From Candidatus Bathyarchaeota archaeon (GTDB lineage: Archaea > Thermoproteota > Bathyarchaeia > TCS64): 64,000 bases of DNA. Position 1 is the stretch's first letter. Every line of letters starts with the position of its first letter. Under the pieces are notes generated by a model. It saw only the letters and a program-made list of their open reading frames with translations, was not told where the DNA came from and made no database searches. The stretch spans positions 96,001 through 160,000 of the forward strand of contig CAVYVF010000002.1 of NCBI GenBank assembly GCA_963771885.1, in the 5' to 3' direction. Position numbers and translations under genes: made by a program. Positions 20,572 through 29,391 of the stretch are shown here, piece by piece.

Positions 20572-21499
20572 TGAGCTTTCCTGCGACCGCCAGCCCACCG
20601 TAGAGGACGATGTCCGCCCCAAGGGGTGTTAACTTGATCTCGGGCTTCCTGTTGATCAGATGCTTGTCTATGCCCTTCTTGATCGGCTCCAAAATCAGCT
20701 CCGGATTGTTAAGAGCCACCGAGCCGCCGATTGTAATAAGCTCGGGGTCGAACGCGTTCACTATATCGGCGAAACCCACCGCGTTCACATTCCCTATCTC
20801 TTCGACAACGTGGAGGGCGTCTTTATCCCACTTCCTAGCCGCGTCGAACACCATCTCCGATGTTAGCCTCTCGAGGTCGCCACCGACCATTTTGAGCAGT
20901 TGACCCCCATCAAGATCACTGTTCCTAAGCAATACACGTGCAAATTTTGGTATGTTTGCGCCGCTGCAGTGCGCCTCCCAGTGCCCCTTGCAACCGCAGC
21001 CGCAGACAAGCTCCGAGTCCGGGTCTACCGTGAGGTGCCCTATCTCGGGAGCATTACCGTCCTTCCCGTTCAGCGGTTTACCATCTACTATCGCTCCACC
21101 CCCAAGCCCCGTGCTCATGGTGACATAGAAGATGTTATCGAGCCCCCTCCCCGCCCCGTAGAGGTGCTCTCCGACGACGGCGGCGTTACAGTCATTCACT
21201 ATCCTGACGGGAACGCCGAACTCTTCCTCAAGTGGCGCGACGATCGGTATGTGTTTGAATGCAAAGTTCGGAGTAGCGCCTATGGACCCCCTCTTGACAT
21301 CGAGTGGTCCGATCGAGCCGATCCCGACCGCCCTCGGCTCAGCGCCTAGGCTTCTTATCATCCTCGCGATCTGCCGCGGAACCCCCTCAGGCCCGTTAAG
21401 CCGGTCAGTAGCCTCGGACCTCTTCGCCTTTAGGCTTTTCTCGTCACCAACGGCGACGCGAATGTTCGTGGCGCCGATATCCACCGCTACGAGGGACAA
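20555..21499 (-). CDS. ROK family sugar kinase (glucokinase-like)
   Basis: VDIGATN, NDCNAA, STGLGGG and EIGH...CGCGCKGHWE motifs. Start trimmed to TTG 21499. Confidence 0.9.
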   Translation of the reverse strand: MSLVAVDIGATNIRVAVGDEKSLKAKRSEATDRLNGPEGVPRQIARMIRSLGAEPRAVGIGSIGPLDVKRGSIGATPNFAFKHIPIVAPLEEEFGVPVRIVNDCNAAVVGEHLYGAGRGLDNIFYVTMSTGLGGGAIVDGKPLNGKDGNAPEIGHLTVDPDSELVCGCGCKGHWEAHCSGANIPKFARVLLRNSDLDGGQLLKMVGGDLERLTSEMVFDAARKWDKDALHVVEEIGNVNAVGFADIVNAFDPELITIGGSVALNNPELILEPIKKGIDKHLINRKPEIKLTPLGADIVLYGGLAVAGKLTRASA

Positions 21500-21533
21500 C
21501 TCATGCAAAAAGACGCTGGGTAAATAAAAGAGG

Positions 21534-22547
21534 TTACTTCGCGACGATCGTCGTGCGGAGCTTGCCGATGCCAGGAACTTCCGCCTCCAGTACGTCACCC
21601 ACCTTAAGGAAGTTGTCAGGCTTCGTCTTCCCATCAACAACGGGACTAGTATCGAGTGCGGTGCCCGAGCAGGTGCCGCCGCAGACGATATCACCAGCAT
21701 AGAGGCACATGTCCCTGCTCAGCCAAGCGATCCACCACGGGTACTTCCTGATCATGCTCTCCATCGAACCGTTCTGGCGGACTTTGCCGCTGATGGTCTG
21801 CTTGAGCTTGAGCTTGTAAACGTCCTCGATCTCATCCTTAGTGACTATGCAGGGGCCCATTGGGGCGCAGCCGTCGAAGTTCTTTGCGAAGAAGAACCCG
21901 TCGGGTCCGCCGAAGCGTCCGCCGTCACGTATACTCAGGTCATTGACGATCGTGAACCCGTAGATGTAGGACTCGCCGTCCCCTTCCTTAATGTCCTTTC
22001 CACCCTTGCAAAGGACGGCGCCGACCTCTACCTCATAGTCGAGGCGCTGCGTCCTCGCGGGGTAAGGAGTGCAGCCGTCGGGGTCGACAACGTTGCGAGC
22101 CTGCTTCCAGAAGCCCCACGCGTGGTAGGTCCCCTCCTTGACCTGCTTCTTTATCTCCTCAACTGTTGTGGGGCGCCCCATCATCTTGGAGACGTCCGCG
22201 CTGTGGTCGTAGAAGTTGGCGCCGGCCATCGCGATCCTGCTCGCCGGGCTTGGGAGAGGCGCGTGCAGTTTCGCCTCATCGGCTTTGTAGACGAGTTTTT
22301 CGCCGCACGAGTCGACCTTCGCCTTCTTCGCGTAGGTGACAGCCTTCGCGGCTGCCTTGAGTCCTGCGTCTCCTTCCTCGATGAAGCTTAGCAGGTTGGA
22401 AGGCACCTCCGCGTCTGCCTTGGCGCAGGCGCGTGCCTCGCCATTGCTCTCGAGCAGTGCAGCGTAGGCGTGGTTGAGGTCGACGACCGAGCCGTCTTCG
22501 AGCCATGCGCCGAGCCTCTTCTTTGGACCGAATACAACGAGCTTCAT
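21534..22547 (-). CDS. Fumarylacetoacetate hydrolase family protein
   Basis: GANFYDH, LDYEVE, NDLSIRD, KNFD..PMGP and GT motifs. Confidence 0.9.
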   Translation of the reverse strand: MKLVVFGPKKRLGAWLEDGSVVDLNHAYAALLESNGEARACAKADAEVPSNLLSFIEEGDAGLKAAAKAVTYAKKAKVDSCGEKLVYKADEAKLHAPLPSPASRIAMAGANFYDHSADVSKMMGRPTTVEEIKKQVKEGTYHAWGFWKQARNVVDPDGCTPYPARTQRLDYEVEVGAVLCKGGKDIKEGDGESYIYGFTIVNDLSIRDGGRFGGPDGFFFAKNFDGCAPMGPCIVTKDEIEDVYKLKLKQTISGKVRQNGSMESMIRKYPWWIAWLSRDMCLYAGDIVCGGTCSGTALDTSPVVDGKTKPDNFLKVGDVLEAEVPGIGKLRTTIVAK

Positions 22548-22581
22548 AAAGGGTCGCTGAATAATCGCCCCGACCCACGAT

Positions 22582-23331
22582 TTAAGTGTGAGCAGGCTTT
22601 CTGCCGACGGGGCAGGCGTCGAGGCATCTTGTGCACTCGATGAAGCTCCCCGGAGTCGGCCTGATTATCAATTTCTCGGTCAGCTCCCTCACGTCTCCGT
22701 CAACGTCCTTCGATTCGGGACTCTCCAGCGCGTATACCATGCACCTCTTTATCGTGATGTTGTGTGGCTTCAGCGCCTTCGTCGGGCATGCCCCGATGCA
22801 TCGAGTGCAGTCTCCACAGAGGTCACCGGAGAAGGGTGAGTCTGGTTCCAGCTCTGCCGATGTGAGGACAGCACCTAGCCTAATCTTTGACCCGAATTCC
22901 CTCGTTACGACGACGGTGTTCTTCCCCTGCATCCCCAGCCCGGCGAGAGCAGCTGCAGGTTTCAGAGGCAGCCCCTCAGCTGGAACGGCGTCGAAGCCCT
23001 TCTCCCTGAGCCACTCGGCGAGCTGCCAAGTCTTCTTACCCACGACCTCCGAGTATAGTTGATGAAACTCGAACTTATTACCCGATTCGTGTAGACCGAT
23101 CCCCTTCCAGCGTGGGTCGAGGGTATGGACGTTGAAGATTGGGTCCCAGATATGGTAGCCAAGCACGATAGCCGATTTTACTGTGGGCAACTCCTCCTCT
23201 GCCGCTACGAGCGTATGCACGCCTTCGACATCCCCCTTGGGCAGGCGTTTTAACCTCTCAAGCGGCACGATACCGACAAGCTGGAATCCTATTTCACATG
23301 CCTTATCCTTGACCTCGCGGCTCGTAACCAT
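22582..23331 (-). CDS. Epoxyqueuosine reductase (QueG)-like 4Fe-4S protein
   Basis: KPAAALAGLG.QGKN, FGSKIRLGAVLT, two Cys cluster motifs. Confidence 0.75.
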   Translation of the reverse strand: MVTSREVKDKACEIGFQLVGIVPLERLKRLPKGDVEGVHTLVAAEEELPTVKSAIVLGYHIWDPIFNVHTLDPRWKGIGLHESGNKFEFHQLYSEVVGKKTWQLAEWLREKGFDAVPAEGLPLKPAAALAGLGMQGKNTVVVTREFGSKIRLGAVLTSAELEPDSPFSGDLCGDCTRCIGACPTKALKPHNITIKRCMVYALESPESKDVDGDVRELTEKLIIRPTPGSFIECTRCLDACPVGRKPAHT

Positions 23332-23388
23332 GAAATAAACAACTCCCCCCAGGGAAAATACTTAGCGACGTCACATGACTGTGATGGT

Positions 23389-23853
23389 TTATGCCGGCTT
23401 CGGTTTCTTGATCAACCCTCTTGCGAAGTCCTTCGCCGCTTCGATATCACGTTCGTTTGGTCTGCCCTTGTTTATACCCCCGAGCAACTTGTAGAACCCA
23501 TAGGTGTCGAAGCCGAGACAATACCATTCGCCCACAACCATGAATCCCTTGTCCCCGAGGTACTTCTTGAGCTCATCATGCGCCGCCTTTTGGCCAAATC
23601 CACCATATGTGCTGAACACGAAGGCGTTCTTCCCATCATACCTCGGAAGCTCCTCAATGAACTTGATGAGCCTCTTGTCGAATCTGCCGAAGTAGTTGCC
23701 CGAGGCGAAGCCGACGAGATCGTAGTCGGTTAGCTGCCCCGGCTTGACGGCGGCGGGGCTCCTCAGCTCCGCGTCTAGGACCGTTCCCATAGCTCTCGCG
23801 ACAGCCTCGGTGTTACCGTGATGGTACGAAATGTAGACGATAAGCGTCTTCAC
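23389..23853 (-). CDS. Flavodoxin family protein
   Basis: YISYHHGNT, GFASG.YFG and GINKGRP motifs. Start trimmed to GTG 23853. Confidence 0.85.
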   Translation of the reverse strand: MKTLIVYISYHHGNTEAVARAMGTVLDAELRSPAAVKPGQLTDYDLVGFASGNYFGRFDKRLIKFIEELPRYDGKNAFVFSTYGGFGQKAAHDELKKYLGDKGFMVVGEWYCLGFDTYGFYKLLGGINKGRPNERDIEAAKDFARGLIKKPKPA

Positions 23854-23993
23854 AGGCAACCCGAAGCGATGCCCGCATATCAATCTCCCCGTAATTACTG
23901 CAATTATCGGCAATTTTCAAGCATTTACTTCGTGGGAACGGTTATATCCCGCGAGAGGAGATGTAAACGGATTCATCAAGGGAGATTACCACG

Positions 23994-24809
23994 ATGATGG
24001 AGATCAGGTTCCACGGAAGGGGCGGCCAAGGCGCCGTCACCGGAGTTAGGCTCCTCTCAACCGCCATGTACTACGAGGGAAAGTACACCCTCGGCATACC
24101 CATGTACGGCACCGAGAGGCGCGGAGCACCGGTCCAATCGTTCCTCAGGGTCAGCGATGACAAGATTTGGGAGCGCGACCTCGTCCACGAGCCAGACATG
24201 GTCGTCGTCCTAGACCCACTCCTCGCGAAGACCGTCCCCGTCACACAGGGACTCAAGAAGGGCGGACTCGTTCTCGTCAATCACCCACATGGCGGTCTCG
24301 AGACGGGCATCGGCGGCCCATACAAGGTCGCCACCGTCGACGCGACGAAGGTCGCCATGGAGACAATCGGCAGGCCCATCACCAACACCGCCATCCTCGG
24401 CGCATTCGCCAAGGTGACTGGTATGGTCAAGCTTGAGAGCCTCGAAAAAGCTGCGCACCACCAGTGGAGCGGGCGCATCGGCGAGATGAACATAAAGGCT
24501 ATGCAGAAGGCATACGAGGTCGCCACCCCCGTCGTCGACGTCTCAAAGGTCAAGATGGAGGAGGTCAAGCTCGAGGGTCGCGCACGCAAGGCAGGCGAGA
24601 GAGACGTCTCCAGCTGGAGGCTCTACCGTCCAGTCTTCAACGACGCCAAGTGCGTCGGCTGCAAGCGCTGCTTCATACTCTGCCCCGAGGTCGCAATCGG
24701 CATGCAGAACAACAAGGCCGTCGTCAACTATAAGCACTGCAAGGGCTGCGGAATCTGCTTCGAGGAGTGCCCAACAAAGGCGATCAGCTGGGTCCAGGAG
24801 ACCATCTAA
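23994..24809 (+). CDS. 2-oxoacid:ferredoxin oxidoreductase gamma-delta fusion subunit
   Basis: HGRGGQG and YGTERRGAP (gamma) plus WR..RP and 2x CxxCxxCxxxCP (delta). Confidence 0.9.
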   Translation: MMEIRFHGRGGQGAVTGVRLLSTAMYYEGKYTLGIPMYGTERRGAPVQSFLRVSDDKIWERDLVHEPDMVVVLDPLLAKTVPVTQGLKKGGLVLVNHPHGGLETGIGGPYKVATVDATKVAMETIGRPITNTAILGAFAKVTGMVKLESLEKAAHHQWSGRIGEMNIKAMQKAYEVATPVVDVSKVKMEEVKLEGRARKAGERDVSSWRLYRPVFNDAKCVGCKRCFILCPEVAIGMQNNKAVVNYKHCKGCGICFEECPTKAISWVQETI

Positions 24810-24824
24810 GGAGGAGAATGATAC

Positions 24825-26004
24825 ATGCCAGAAAAGTTCGAGGTTATGGTCGGTAACAAGGCGGTCGCCCACGCCGTAAGGCTCTCGAGGGCGAAGTTCA
24901 TCTCCGCCTTCCCAATCACCCCCCAGACAACCATCGTCCAATACATCGCAGACATGGTCGCAAGTGGGGAGATCGACGCTGACTACGTCACGACTGAAGG
25001 CGAACTTACCGCTCAGGCATCCGCGTTCACCGCGGGCGCCGCAGGCGTACGCGCCTTCACAGCAACCGCGGGACCAGGACTACTCTACATGCACCACCCG
25101 ATGCTCGCCACCCGTAACAACAGGGTCCCAGTCGTCATGGCGCTCATGCACAGAGGCATCAAGGGTATGGACCCCGACCAGACCGACATGATGGCGCAGC
25201 GCGAGACCGGCTGGATGATGCTCGAGTGCGAGAGCGGCCAGGAGATACTCGACACCGGCCTCATGGCGTACAAGATCGCCGAGGACGAGCGCGTCCGCCT
25301 CCCAATCATCTTCGCAGGCGACGGCTACATACTCAGCTACACTGACGAGCCCATCAACATCCCTGACGAGGCAAAGGTCGACGCCTTCCTGCCCCCATAC
25401 AAGACGACGATCCCCCTCCTCCCAGACCAGGGACCAGAGAGCAAGGTATACCAGATGAAGGCTTGGAGCGTCGGACGCGACCCACAGGCAACCTTCCAGG
25501 ACGACCAGCAGGCGATGGAGAACGCCAAGAAGGTCATCAAGGAAGTCAACGCCGAGTACAAGAAGATGTTCGGCCGCGGCTACGGAAACGGCCTCGTCGA
25601 GGAGTACAAGACGAAGGACGTCGACGCAGTCATCGTCGCCATGGGAACGATAGCGAGCACAGCGCGCGTCGCAGTCGACAAGCTCCAGGCAGATGGCAAG
25701 AAAGTCGGCCTCGTGAAGCTCAAGACCATCAAGCCCTTCCCCGCCGAAGAGTTCGAGAAGCTCGGCCCTAGGTTCAAGGCGATGGGCATCGTCGACCGCA
25801 ACATAAGCATCGGCTCCGGAGGCTGGACCTTCGGCGAGATAAGGAACGCCATGTACGAGCTCGACGAGAGGCCCAAGACACTCCAGTTCCACGCGGGACT
25901 AAACGGCAAGGAAGTCCGAGTACAAGACATCATGAAGATAGGCGAGAAGACCCTCAAAGGCCGCGAGTGGCTCCAAGGTCTCTCCCCTAGTGGAGTGGGT
26001 CTAA
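24825..26004 (+). CDS. 2-oxoacid:ferredoxin oxidoreductase alpha subunit (extra A near 25958)
   Basis: FPITPQT and TATAGPG motifs. Removing one A gives ...KAASGSKVSPLVEWV* ending at 26004, just before the AGGAGG RBS of the beta gene. Confidence 0.9.
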
Positions 26005-26017
26005 GGAGGATAATGAA

Positions 26018-26914
26018 ATGAGCAAACCAGTTCCACTCGTGAAGCTAGACGAGAAAGAGTACATCTCAGCTGCGAACCAGTCCTGCCAGGGATGCACCGG
26101 CGCATCCGTCGCAAGGATCGTCGCAAAGGTCCTGAAGGACAAGATGGTCCGCCAGGAGGTCGCCTGCTGTGGACCAGCGTTCGGCAACCTAGAGCAGCCA
26201 AGCATCTACGGAGAAGTCTTCGAAGGCGCAGGCGCAATGTCCACGGGACTCGCCCACGCCTTCAAGAGGATGAACCGCGAGGACGCCATCGTCACCACCA
26301 TCGTCGGTGACGGAGGCACGACCGACATCGGCTTCCAGGGACTCTCAGGCGCAGCTGAGCGCAACGAGAACGTCCTCTGGGTCTGCTACGACAACGAGGC
26401 ATACATGAACACCGGCGGCCAGCGTAGTAGCGCCACCAGCAAGTACGCAGAGACGACCACCACTCCGGTCGGCGAGTTCAGCCGAGGCAAGAAGGAGAGG
26501 AAGAAGAACGTCGCCGCCATGGTCGCCCTCCACAGGGTGCCCTACATGGCGACGGCAAGCATCGCCTACCCCGAGGACTTCATCGGTAAGCTCGAGTACG
26601 CTAAGAACATCAAGGGCTTCCGCTTCATCCAGATCTCCGCGCCATGCCCGACAGGCTGGAGGTTCGACCCCCAGTACGCGGTCAAAATAGCGAAGGAGAT
26701 GGTCCTCAGTGGCATGTGGCCACTCTACGAGGTCATCAACGGCGAGAGCTTCCGCCTCACCTACAAGCCGAAGGAGATCAAGCCGATAAAGGACGTCCTC
26801 AAGATGCAGGGCAGGTTCCGCCATATCACCGAGGATGAGATAAAGGACATGCAGGACGATGTGACCGCTTACTGGGGCCGCCTCGTCTCAAAGGATGGTA
26901 AGGAGTTCTTCTAA
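26018..26914 (+). CDS. 2-oxoacid:ferredoxin oxidoreductase beta (TPP-binding) subunit
   Basis: CQGC, GDGG...DNEAYMNTGGQRS and PCPTGW motifs. Confidence 0.92.
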   Translation: MSKPVPLVKLDEKEYISAANQSCQGCTGASVARIVAKVLKDKMVRQEVACCGPAFGNLEQPSIYGEVFEGAGAMSTGLAHAFKRMNREDAIVTTIVGDGGTTDIGFQGLSGAAERNENVLWVCYDNEAYMNTGGQRSSATSKYAETTTTPVGEFSRGKKERKKNVAAMVALHRVPYMATASIAYPEDFIGKLEYAKNIKGFRFIQISAPCPTGWRFDPQYAVKIAKEMVLSGMWPLYEVINGESFRLTYKPKEIKPIKDVLKMQGRFRHITEDEIKDMQDDVTAYWGRLVSKDGKEFF

Positions 26915-27124
26915 ACTTCTTTATCATTTCCACTTTATTCTTCTAGTCAGGTTTTTCCGGTTACAATCAGTAAATAGTTTCCATACGCCGTTTTTTCAGG
27001 GGAATTTTTACTCACCAGATATTATTCTCTATACCAACATAAACAATATAAACAGTCATTAGAATAAATACTGATTCCTATTGCCGCACTCCGGATTCAG
27101 GGCAAAGGTTAGGCTGATGTAAAC

Positions 27125-27994
27125 ATGGCGAAGATACTGCTTCTAGGTCTCTCGGGAGACACTGGGTGCCAGGTAGCGACTGTTGGGCTACATGAAGCCC
27201 TACTCGGCATTCTCAAGGCGAACGAGCTAGTCTACGCGCCGACGCTGATGGACGCGAAGACGATCCCAGACAAGATCGACGTCGCTATAATCGAGGGCGG
27301 GTTACGTACCGAGCACGAGGTCGAGATCGCGAAGACGATCCGGGAGCGTTCCGGCGTCCTGATAACGCTCGGCTCCTGCGCCTGCTTCGGCGGAGTCCCC
27401 GGACTCGCCAACCTCAAACAGGGCGAGGAACTTCTCAAGAAGATCTACTCTCAGAAAGGGACAGTCGCCGCTGAGATGCCTACTCTTGATCGCCTTCTCG
27501 AAAAGCAGCAGGCGATCGGGGACTACGTCAAGGTTGACTTCAAGATACCAGGATGCCCACCGGAGACCGGAGAAATCGCCACCATACTGACGTCACTGTT
27601 GAGCGGAAAGATCCCTGAGCTTAGTAAGACTGATGTCTGTGAGCTATGCCCACGGGAGCGGATTGGCGAGTACAGTAAAAAGCTGAAGAGGATTTACGAG
27701 GAGGTCGACGACCCTGGCAGGTGCCTGCTTGAGCAAGGTTTCCTCTGTATGGGTCCTGCGACCATGGGCGGATGCGGCGCGCCATGCCCACAGGCAGGGA
27801 TGCCCTGCGACGGCTGCCGCGGGCCTACGGCGGGCAACAGCGATCAGGGACTCACCATGCTCGACGCCCTAACGAGCTTAACTCGCGAGGCGAATGAGAA
27901 TTTCAGTCTCCCCCAGTACGCGGGAACGCTCTACAGGTACACGTATCCAAGTAGTAAACTCGCGAAGGTTCTGAACGGAGGCGGCAAGAAGTGA
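27125..27994 (+). CDS. mvhG: Group 3c-type [NiFe]-hydrogenase small subunit
   Basis: IEGG, GSCACFGG, PGCPP, CELC, CLLEQGFLCMGPAT..GC...CP....PC.GC motifs. Confidence 0.85.
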   Translation: MAKILLLGLSGDTGCQVATVGLHEALLGILKANELVYAPTLMDAKTIPDKIDVAIIEGGLRTEHEVEIAKTIRERSGVLITLGSCACFGGVPGLANLKQGEELLKKIYSQKGTVAAEMPTLDRLLEKQQAIGDYVKVDFKIPGCPPETGEIATILTSLLSGKIPELSKTDVCELCPRERIGEYSKKLKRIYEEVDDPGRCLLEQGFLCMGPATMGGCGAPCPQAGMPCDGCRGPTAGNSDQGLTMLDALTSLTREANENFSLPQYAGTLYRYTYPSSKLAKVLNGGGKK

Positions 27995-29391
27995 CGGAAA
28001 CCATAACGATCAACCCCCTGACCCGGCTCGAGGGAACCGGTAAGGTCAAGATAGAGGTCGAGAACGGCGCGATTAAAGACCTCCAGCTCAACGTCGCCGT
28101 CGGGCCTAGGTTCTTCGAGTACCTGCTCACGAACAAGCAAGCGGAGGACGCTCCGAGGATAAGTGAGCGGATCTGCGGTATCTGCTACGTTAACCATCAC
28201 CTGGTCTCGGTGAAAGCTGTAGAGGACGCGTGGGGTGTACAAGTGCCAGAGGTCGCCACACTACTAAGGCGCACGCTGAACGCGGCGAGTTTCGTGACGA
28301 GCCACGCGCTCCACCTCGCCTTCTTGGCGCTCCCTGACCTCTTGCCCATACAGAGCCGCAACGTAATAGGCGTCGCCGACGCCAACCCGGAGCTCGCAAA
28401 CGCGGCGCTCCAACTCCACGAGTACGGAAACAGGGTCGTAACCGAGATAGGCGGGAGACTCGTCCACGTCGTCACGAGCGTTCCTGGAGGGCAGACGAAG
28501 GGTCTCACCGGCGAGGCACGGTACAAGCTCCTCAGGGAGGGTCGCATTGCGCTCACGAACGTGAGGAAGATCGCGGACGCCTTCTTCTCCCTCTACGAGA
28601 AGCGCGCGAACGACCCGACGGAGTACATGCACCTCAAAGCACCCTACATGGCGATGGTCAACAAGAGCGGCGGATATGAGCTCTATGACGGCGACATAAG
28701 AGTCAAGAATGGAGATGGGACCCAGCTCTTCCAGTTCCCAGCGCAGGAGTATTACAAACGTCTCGAGGAGACTACGAGTGCACACAGCTTCACCAAGATA
28801 CAGTACCTCAAGGACTTGGGTCCTAAGGACGGCTTGATGCGCGTCGGGCCCCTCGCTAGGATGAACGTCATCGACAGTATGCAGTGGGACACAACCGCCG
28901 AGTACATGAGGCGATACGAGAAATTATTCAAGCGTCCCACGGACGACACGGCAGCATACAACCTAGCCCGAACCGTCGAACTCGTAGCGTCGGTCGATGA
29001 GGTCCTCGATGGGCTGGGCAACGACGTCATCATGACGGAGCGGACACGCGAGCCAGTCAAGGCTCGAGCAGGCACAGGCTACGCCTTCGTCGAGGCACCC
29101 CGCGGGCTTCTCTTCCATAGCTACGAGATAGACGATAAGGGCATCATCAAGGAAGCGAACATCGTCGCGCCGACTACCTTCAACCACAAGAGCATCGAGA
29201 ACAATCTGAGATGCTGGGCCGATGCCCACGCCTCGGCGTTCACAAGGAAGGAGACGAGGCAGGATGCGATGTGGGGCATCGAAAAAATCGTCCGCGCCTA
29301 CGACCCCTGCCTGAGCTGCAGCGTCCACATGGTCGAGGTTGACGTGACAGTGGATGGAGAGGAGTACACGAACAGGAGGCAGGCACAATGA
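27991..29391 (+). CDS. mvhA: Group 3c-type [NiFe]-hydrogenase large subunit
   Basis: RICGIC (L1), EAPRG, and RAYDPCLSCSVH (L2) followed by a cleavable extension. Confidence 0.9.
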   Translation: MTETITINPLTRLEGTGKVKIEVENGAIKDLQLNVAVGPRFFEYLLTNKQAEDAPRISERICGICYVNHHLVSVKAVEDAWGVQVPEVATLLRRTLNAASFVTSHALHLAFLALPDLLPIQSRNVIGVADANPELANAALQLHEYGNRVVTEIGGRLVHVVTSVPGGQTKGLTGEARYKLLREGRIALTNVRKIADAFFSLYEKRANDPTEYMHLKAPYMAMVNKSGGYELYDGDIRVKNGDGTQLFQFPAQEYYKRLEETTSAHSFTKIQYLKDLGPKDGLMRVGPLARMNVIDSMQWDTTAEYMRRYEKLFKRPTDDTAAYNLARTVELVASVDEVLDGLGNDVIMTERTREPVKARAGTGYAFVEAPRGLLFHSYEIDDKGIIKEANIVAPTTFNHKSIENNLRCWADAHASAFTRKETRQDAMWGIEKIVRAYDPCLSCSVHMVEVDVTVDGEEYTNRRQAQ

